Positions 57,046 through 64,000 of a stretch of DNA of 64,000 bases are shown here, one piece after another. Location of the stretch: NCBI GenBank assembly GCA_009914755.4, contig CP068257.2:1184001-1248000 (forward strand), in the 5' to 3' direction. The number at the start of each line of letters is the position of its first letter. Position 1 is the first letter of the stretch. This DNA comes from the human T2T-CHM13v2.0 reference genome, Homo sapiens. The position numbers were made by a program, and so were the translations under genes. The notes beneath the pieces are model-generated. The model was given only the letters and a program-made list of their open reading frames with translations. It had not been told where the DNA came from and searched no databases.

Positions 57046-60000
57046 TGTAAATAAAATATCAAAGTACACCAAATATATATTCTATACTGTACATAAAATA
57101 CCAAAGTCCGCCAAATATATATTCTATACTGAACATAAAATATCAAACTACCCAAACATATATTGTATACTGTACATAACATATCAAAGTACCAAATTAT
57201 ATATTTTATACTCTATATAAAATATCAAAGTACCCAAACTATACATTATATATATTACATAAAATAAGAACTTGCATCAAATATATATTATATTAGATAC
57301 ATAAAATATGAAATTACATCAAATATATATTATATACTGTACATAAAATATCAAAGAACCCCAAATATAAATTGTATACTGTACATGAAATATCAAAGTT
57401 CACAAACTATATATTATATACTGTACAAAAAATATGAAAGTACCCAAAGTAGATATTCTATACTGTACAAAAAATACCAAAGTACCCAAAGCATGTATTA
57501 TATACTGTACATAAAATATGAAAGTTCATAAAATATATATTTTATTCTCTACATAAAATATCAAAGTACACCAAATATATACTCTATACTTTACATAAAA
57601 TTTCAAAGTACACAAACATTTATTGTGAACTGTAAATAAAATATCAAAGTAACCAAACTATATATTTTATATTGTACATAAAAAATCAAAGTACCCAAAC
57701 TATAGATTTTATACTGTACATAAAATATCAAAGTACACCAAATATATACTCTATACTGTTCATACAATATCAAAGCACCCAAACAAGTATTATATACTGT
57801 ACATAATATATCAAAGTACACCAAATATATAATCTATACTGTACATAAAATAACAAAGTACATCAAATACATATTCTATACTGTACATAAAATATCAAAA
57901 TACCCAAACATATATTGTATACTGTACATAATATATCAAAGCACCAAAATTATATATTTTACACTATACATAAAATATCAAAGTACCCAAACTATACATT
58001 ATATACTGTACATAAAATATGAACTTACATCAAATATATATTATATTAGGTACATAAAACATGAAAGTACATCCAATATAGATTATATACTGTACATAAA
58101 ATATCAAAGTAACCCAAATATATATTATATACTGTACAAGAAATTTCAAAGTACACAAACTATATATTATATACTGTAGATAATATATCAAACTACCCAA
58201 AGTATATATTCTACACTGTACAGAAAATATCAAAGTACCGAAAGCATGTATTATATACTGTACATAAAATATGAAAATACATAAAATATATATTTTATTC
58301 TCTACATAAAATATTAAAGTGCAGCAAATATATATTCTATACTCTACATAAAATATCAAAGTACCCAAAGCATGTATTATATACTGTACATAAAATATGA
58401 AAGTACATCAAATATATATTTTATTCTGTACATAAAATATCAAAGTACACCAGATATACATTTTATAGTGTACATAAAATATCAAAGTACCCAAACTATA
58501 CATTGTATACTGTACATAAAATAAGAAATTACATCAAATATATATCATATTAGGTACATAAAATATGAAAGTACATCAAATATAGATTATATACTGTACA
58601 TAAAATATAAAGGAACCCCAAATATATATTATATACTGTACATGAAATATCAAACTTCACAAACTATATATTATATACTGTACATAAAATATCAAAGTAC
58701 CCAAGGTATATATTCTATACTGTACAAAAAATATCAAAGAACCCAAAGCATGTATTATATACTGTACATAAAATATGAAAGTACATCAAATATATATTTT
58801 ATTCTGTACATAAAATATCAAAGTACACCAGATATATATTTTATCGTGTACATAAAATATCAAAGTACCCAAACTATACATTATATACTGTACATAAAAT
58901 ATGAAATTACAGCAAATATATATTATATTAGGTACGTAAAATATGTAGGTACATCAATATAGATTATATACTGTACATAAAATATCAAAGTAGCCCAAAT
59001 ATATATTATATACTGTACATGAAATATCAAAGTTCACAAACTATATATTATATACTGTAGATAAAATATCAAAGTACCCAAGGTATATATTCTATACTAT
59101 ACAAAAAATACCAAAGTACCCAAAGCATGTATTTTATACTGTACATAAAATATGAAAGGACATCAAATATATATTTTATTCTGTACATAAAATACAAAAG
59201 TACACCAGATATGTATTTTATCGTGTACATATAATATCAAAGTACCCAAACTATACATTATATACTGTACATAAAATATGAAATTACATCAAATATATAT
59301 TATATTAGTTACCTAAAATATGAAAGTACATCAAATATAGATTATTAACTGTACATAAAATATAAAAGAACCCCAAATATATATTATATACTGTACATGA
59401 AATATCAAACTTCACAAACTATATATTATATACTGTACATAAAATATCAAAGTACCCAACGTATATATTCTATAGTGTACAAAAAATATCAAAGTACCCA
59501 AAGCATGTATTACATACTGAACATAAAATATGAAAGTACATCAAATATATATATTATTCTGTACATAAAATATCAAAGTACACCAGATACATATTTTATA
59601 GTGTACATAAAATATCAAAGTACCCAAAGTATACATTATATACTGTACATAAAATATGAAATTACATCAAATATATATTATATTAGGTACATAAAATATG
59701 AAAGTACATCAAATATAGATTATTTACTGTACATAAAATATCAAAGAACCCCAAATATATATTATCTACTGTACATGAAATATCAAAATACACAAACTAT
59801 ATATTATATACTGTACATAAAATATCAAAGTACCCAAGGTATGTATTCTATACTGTACGAAAAATATCAAAGTACCCAAAGCATGTATTATATACTGTAC
59901 ATAAAATATGAAAGTACATCAAATATAGATTATATACTGTACATAAAATATAAAACAACCCCAAATATATATTATATACTGTACATGAAATATCAAAGTT

Positions 60001-63000
60001 CACAAACTATATATTATATACTGTAGATAAAATATCAAAATACCCACAGTATATGTTCTATACTGTACAAAAAATATCAAAGTACCCAAAGCAGGTATTA
60101 TATACTGTACATAAAATATGAAAGTACATCAAATATATATTTTATTCTGTACATAAAATATCAAAGTACACCAGATATATATTTACATCAAATAGATATT
60201 TTATTCTGTACATAAAATATCAAAGTACACCAGATATATATTTTATCGTCTACATAAAATATCAAAGTACCCAAAGTATACATTATATACTGTACATAAA
60301 ATATGAAATTACATCAAATATATATTATATTAGGTACATAAAATATGAAATTACATCAAATATAGATTATTAACTGTACATAAAATATCAAAGAACCCCA
60401 AATATATATTATATACTGTACATGAAATATCAAACTTCACATACTATATATTATATACTGTACATAAAATATCAAAGTACCCAAGGTATATATTCTATAC
60501 TGTATGAAATATATCAAAGTACCCAAAGCATGTATTATATACTGTACATAAAATATGAATGTACATCAAATATAAATTTTATTCTGTACATAAAATATCA
60601 AAGTACACCAGATATACATTTTATAGTGTACATAAAATATCAAAGTACCCAAACTATACATTGTATACTGTACATAAAATATGAAATTACATCAAATATA
60701 TATCATATTAGGTACATAAAATATGAAAGTACATCAAATATAGATTATATACTGTACATAAAATATAAAGGAACCCCAAATATATATTATATACTGTACA
60801 TGAAATATCAAACTTCACAAACTATATATTATATACTGTACATAAAATATCAAAGTACCCAAGGTATATATTCTATACTGTACAAAAAATATCAAAGTAC
60901 CCAAAGCATGTATTATATACTGTACATAAAATATGAGAGTACATCAAGTATATATTTTATTCTTTACATAAAATATCAAAGTACACCAGATATATATTTT
61001 ATCGTGTACATAAAATATCAAAGTACCCAAATTATACATTATATACTGTACATAAAATATGAAATTACCTCAAATATATATTATATTAAGTACATAAAAT
61101 ATGAAAGTACCTCAAATATAGATTATATACCGTACATAAAATATCAAAGAACCCCAAATATATATTATATACTGTACATGAAATATCAAAGTTCACAAAC
61201 TATATATTATATACTGCACATAAAATATCAAAGTACCCAAGGTATATATTCTATACTGTACAAAATATATCAAAGTACCCAAAGCATGTATTATATACTG
61301 TACATAAAAGATGAAAGTACATCAAGTATATATTTTATTCTTTACATAAAATATCAAAGTACACCAGATATATATTTTATCATGTACATAAAATATCAAA
61401 GTACGCAAACTATACATTATATACTGTACATAAAATATGAAATTACCTCAAATATATATTATCTTAAGTACAAAAAATATTAAAGTACATCAAATATAGA
61501 TTATATACCGTACATAAAATATCAAAGTACCCCAAATGTATATTATATACTGTACATGAAATATCAAAGTTCACAAACTATATTATATACTGTACATAAA
61601 ATATCAAAGTACCCAAGGTATATATTCTATACTGTACAAAAAATATCAAAGTACCCAAAGCATGTATTATATACTGTACATGAAAGATGAAAGTACATCA
61701 AATATATATTTTATTCTGTACATAAAATATCATAGTACACCAGATATATATTTTATCGTGTACATAAAATATCAAAATACCCAAACTATACATTATATAC
61801 TGTACATAAAATATGAAATTACATCAAATATATATTATATTAGGTACATAAAATTTGAAAGTACATCAAATATAGATTATATACTGTACATATTATATCA
61901 AAGTATCCCAAATATATATTATATACTGTACATGAAATATGAAAGTTCACAAACTATATACTATATACTGTACATAAAATATCAAAGTACCCAAGGTACA
62001 TATTCTATACCGTACAAAAAATATCAAAGTACCCAAAGCATGTATTATATACTGTACATAAAATATGAAAGTACATCAAATATATATTTTATTCTGTACA
62101 TAAAATATCAAAGTACACCAGATATATATTTTATAGTGTACATAAAATATCAAAGTACCCAAAGTATACATTATATACTGTACATAAAATATGAAATTAC
62201 ATCAAATATATATTATATTAGGTACGTAAAATATGAAAGTACATCCAATATAGATTATATACTGTACATAAAATATCAAAGTACCCCAAATATATATTAT
62301 ATACTCTACATGAAATATCAAACTACAAAGACTATATATTATATACTGTACATAAAACATCAAAGTACCCAAGGTATATATTCTATACTGTACAAATATA
62401 TCAAAGTACCCAAAGCATGTATTATATACTGTACATAAAATATGAAAGTACATCAAATATATATTTTATTCTATACATAAAATATCAAAGTACACAAGAT
62501 ATATATTTTATCGTGTACATAAAAAATCAAAGTACAAAAACTATACATTATATACTGTACATTAAATATGAAATTACATCAAATATATATTAGGTACGTA
62601 AAATATGAAGGTACATCAAATATAGATTATATACTCTACATAAAATATCAAAGTAGCCCAAATATATATTATATAATGTACATGAAATATCAAACTTCAC
62701 AAACTATATATTATATACTGTACATAAAATATCAAAGTACCCAAAGTATATATTCTATACTGTACAAAAAATACCAAAGTACCCAAAGCATGTATTATAT
62801 ACTGTACATAAAATATGAAAGTACATCAAATATATATTTTATTCTGTACATAAAATATCAAAGTACACCAGATATATATTTTATAGTGTATATAAAATAT
62901 CAAAGTACCCAAAGTATACATTATATACTGTACATAAAATATGAAATTACATCAAATATATATTATATTAGTTACATAAAATATGAAAGTACATCAAATA

Positions 63001-64000
63001 TAGATTATATACTGTACATAAAATATCAAAGTAACCCAAATATATATTATATACTGTACATGAAATATCAAAGTTCACAATCTATATATTATATACTTTA
63101 AATAAAATATCAAAGTACCCAAGGTATATATTCTAGGCTGTACAAAAAATATCAAAGTACCCAAAGCATGTATTATATACTGTACATAAAATATGAAAGT
63201 ACATCAAATATATATTTTATTCTGTATATAAAATATCAAAGTACACCAGATATATATTTTATAGTGTACATAAAATATCAAAGTACCCAAACTATACATT
63301 ATATACTGTAGCTAAAATATGAAATTACATCAAATATATATTAGAATAGGTACATAAAATATGAAAGTACATCAAATATAGATTATATACTGTACATAAA
63401 ATATCAAAGTACCCCAAATATATATTTTATACTGTACATGAAATATCAAAGTTCACAAACTATATATTATATACTGCACATAAAATATCAAAGTACCCAA
63501 GGTATATATTCTGTACTGTACAAATAATATCAAAGTACCCAAATCATGTATTATATACTGTACATAAAATATGAAAGTACATGAAATATATTTTATTCTG
63601 TACAAATAATATCAAAGTACACCAAATATATATTCTAAACTGTACATAAAATATCAAAGTACCTAAACTATACATTATATACTGTACATAAAATATGAAA
63701 TTACATCAAATATATATTATATTAGGTACATAAAATATGAAAGTACATCAAATATAGATTATATATTGTACATAAAATATCAAAGTACCCCAAATATATA
63801 TTATATACTCTACATGAAATATCAAAGTTCACAAACTATATATTATATACTGTACATAAAATATCAAAGTACTCAAGGTATATATTCTACACTGTACAAA
63901 AAATATCAAAGTACACAAAGCATGTATTATATACTGTACATAAAATATGAAAGTACATGAAATATATATTTTATTCTGTACAAAAAATATCAAAGTACAC
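57037..64000 (+). repeat. Classical satellite I (HSat1A/SAR-type), 42-bp AT-rich satellite array made of 17-bp A plus 25-bp B subunits
   Basis: From 57037 the sequence is tandem 42-mers such as acataaaatatcaaagtacccaaactatacattatatactgt. Each is a 17-mer ACATAAAATAT[C/G]AAAGT plus a 25-mer ACCCAAATATATATTATATACTGT. The region is about 75% AT. ORF-track peptides have a 14-aa period, and 14 x 3 = 42 bp. The array reaches the window end, so its true extent is unknown. Confidence 0.8.
58640..64000 (+). repeat. HSat1A higher-order repeat: 9 x 42 bp = 378-bp HOR, about 14 tandem copies
   Basis: The diagnostic monomer acatgaaatatcaaa[c/g]ttcacaaactatatattatatactgt starts at about 58640, 59017, 59395, 59773, 59983, 60420, 60798, 61176, 61554, 61930, 62308, 62680, 63058, 63436 and 63812. 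Spacings are 376-378 bp, except 210 bp for a truncated copy and 437 bp for a copy with a 59-bp partial duplication. The nine monomer variants a to i recur in fixed order. ORF 60422..61483 shows a 126-aa (378-bp) peptide period. Confidence 0.75.

Noticed and set aside
1-64000. Possibility that the regular repeats are a CRISPR array or another prokaryotic defence or novel system locus
   Set aside because: There are no unique spacers between repeats. Repeat units are 5 bp and 42 bp with HOR structure, not 28-37-bp palindromic repeats with 30-40-bp spacers. There are no adjacent cas-like or any non-repetitive ORFs. Composition and motifs are those of primate satellites.
57037-64000. Alpha satellite (171-bp) or an AT-rich transposon or LTR as the identity of the AT-rich block
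   Set aside because: The period is 42 bp with a 378-bp HOR, not 171 bp. There are no CENP-B-box-like motifs, no terminal repeats and no coding remnants. The sequence matches the A(17)+B(25) organisation of classical satellite I.
57037-64000. Promoter or TATA-box calls in the AT-rich satellite (many TATATA and TATAAA strings)
   Set aside because: These are intrinsic to every 42-bp monomer and recur about 160 times. There are no downstream genes and no independent evidence of regulatory function.
1-64000. tRNA, rRNA or other structured ncRNA genes
   Set aside because: No segment escapes the two tandem-repeat families, and nothing resembles a cloverleaf or rRNA-conserved block. HSat3 can be transcribed as SATIII RNA under stress. 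That is a property of certain loci, mainly 9q12, and cannot be inferred for this locus from sequence alone.

Overview
This window is eukaryotic, almost certainly human or great-ape, pericentromeric satellite DNA. It shows no support for any protein-coding gene, RNA gene, prokaryotic system, or novel biological system.

Positions 1-57036 are one uninterrupted array of the pentameric (GGAAT)n satellite, with GGAAT on the + strand and ATTCC on the - strand. It carries the diverged decamers CAACCCGAGT and CAACACGAAT, ATAAATCCGGGTGGAGTGGAATG blocks, and AAACACCAGGGGAATGAAATGGATTGG blocks. These are the hallmarks of Human Satellite III (HSat3) rather than the more degenerate HSat2.

At 57036/57037 the sequence switches abruptly to a different, about 75% AT, 42-bp satellite. 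Its unit is a 17-bp A part ACATAAAATATCAAAGT plus a 25-bp B part ACCCAAATATATATTATATACTGT. This matches classical human satellite I (HSat1A, called SAR in RepeatMasker). It runs to the window end at 64000.

Both arrays have higher-order repeat (HOR) structure, readable from identical ORF-track peptides recurring at fixed offsets and confirmed by direct reading.
- A 6654-bp unit occurs 1.7 times at better than 99.9% identity (1-6654 and 6655 to about 11455).
- Shorter tandem periodicities of about 0.83, 1.22, 1.4, 1.9, 2.15 and 3.9 kb appear across the rest of HSat3.
- A homology of about 12 kb offset links 29.4-32.3 kb to 41.4-44.3 kb.
- HSat1A has a nine-monomer 378-bp HOR with about 14 copies.

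All track ORFs are frame artefacts of the repeats. Every frame of (GGAATGGAATGGAAT)n gives (MEWNG)n, and the reverse strand gives (IPFHS)n. The 42-mer gives 14-aa periodic YILYIKYQSTQ-type peptides. None should be annotated as CDS.

The points worth a second look are structural. They are the clean satellite-to-satellite junction, the very recent 6.65-kb duplication (or an assembly artefact), the nested HOR architecture, and the edge degeneration of HSat1A. None of these is a new functional system.
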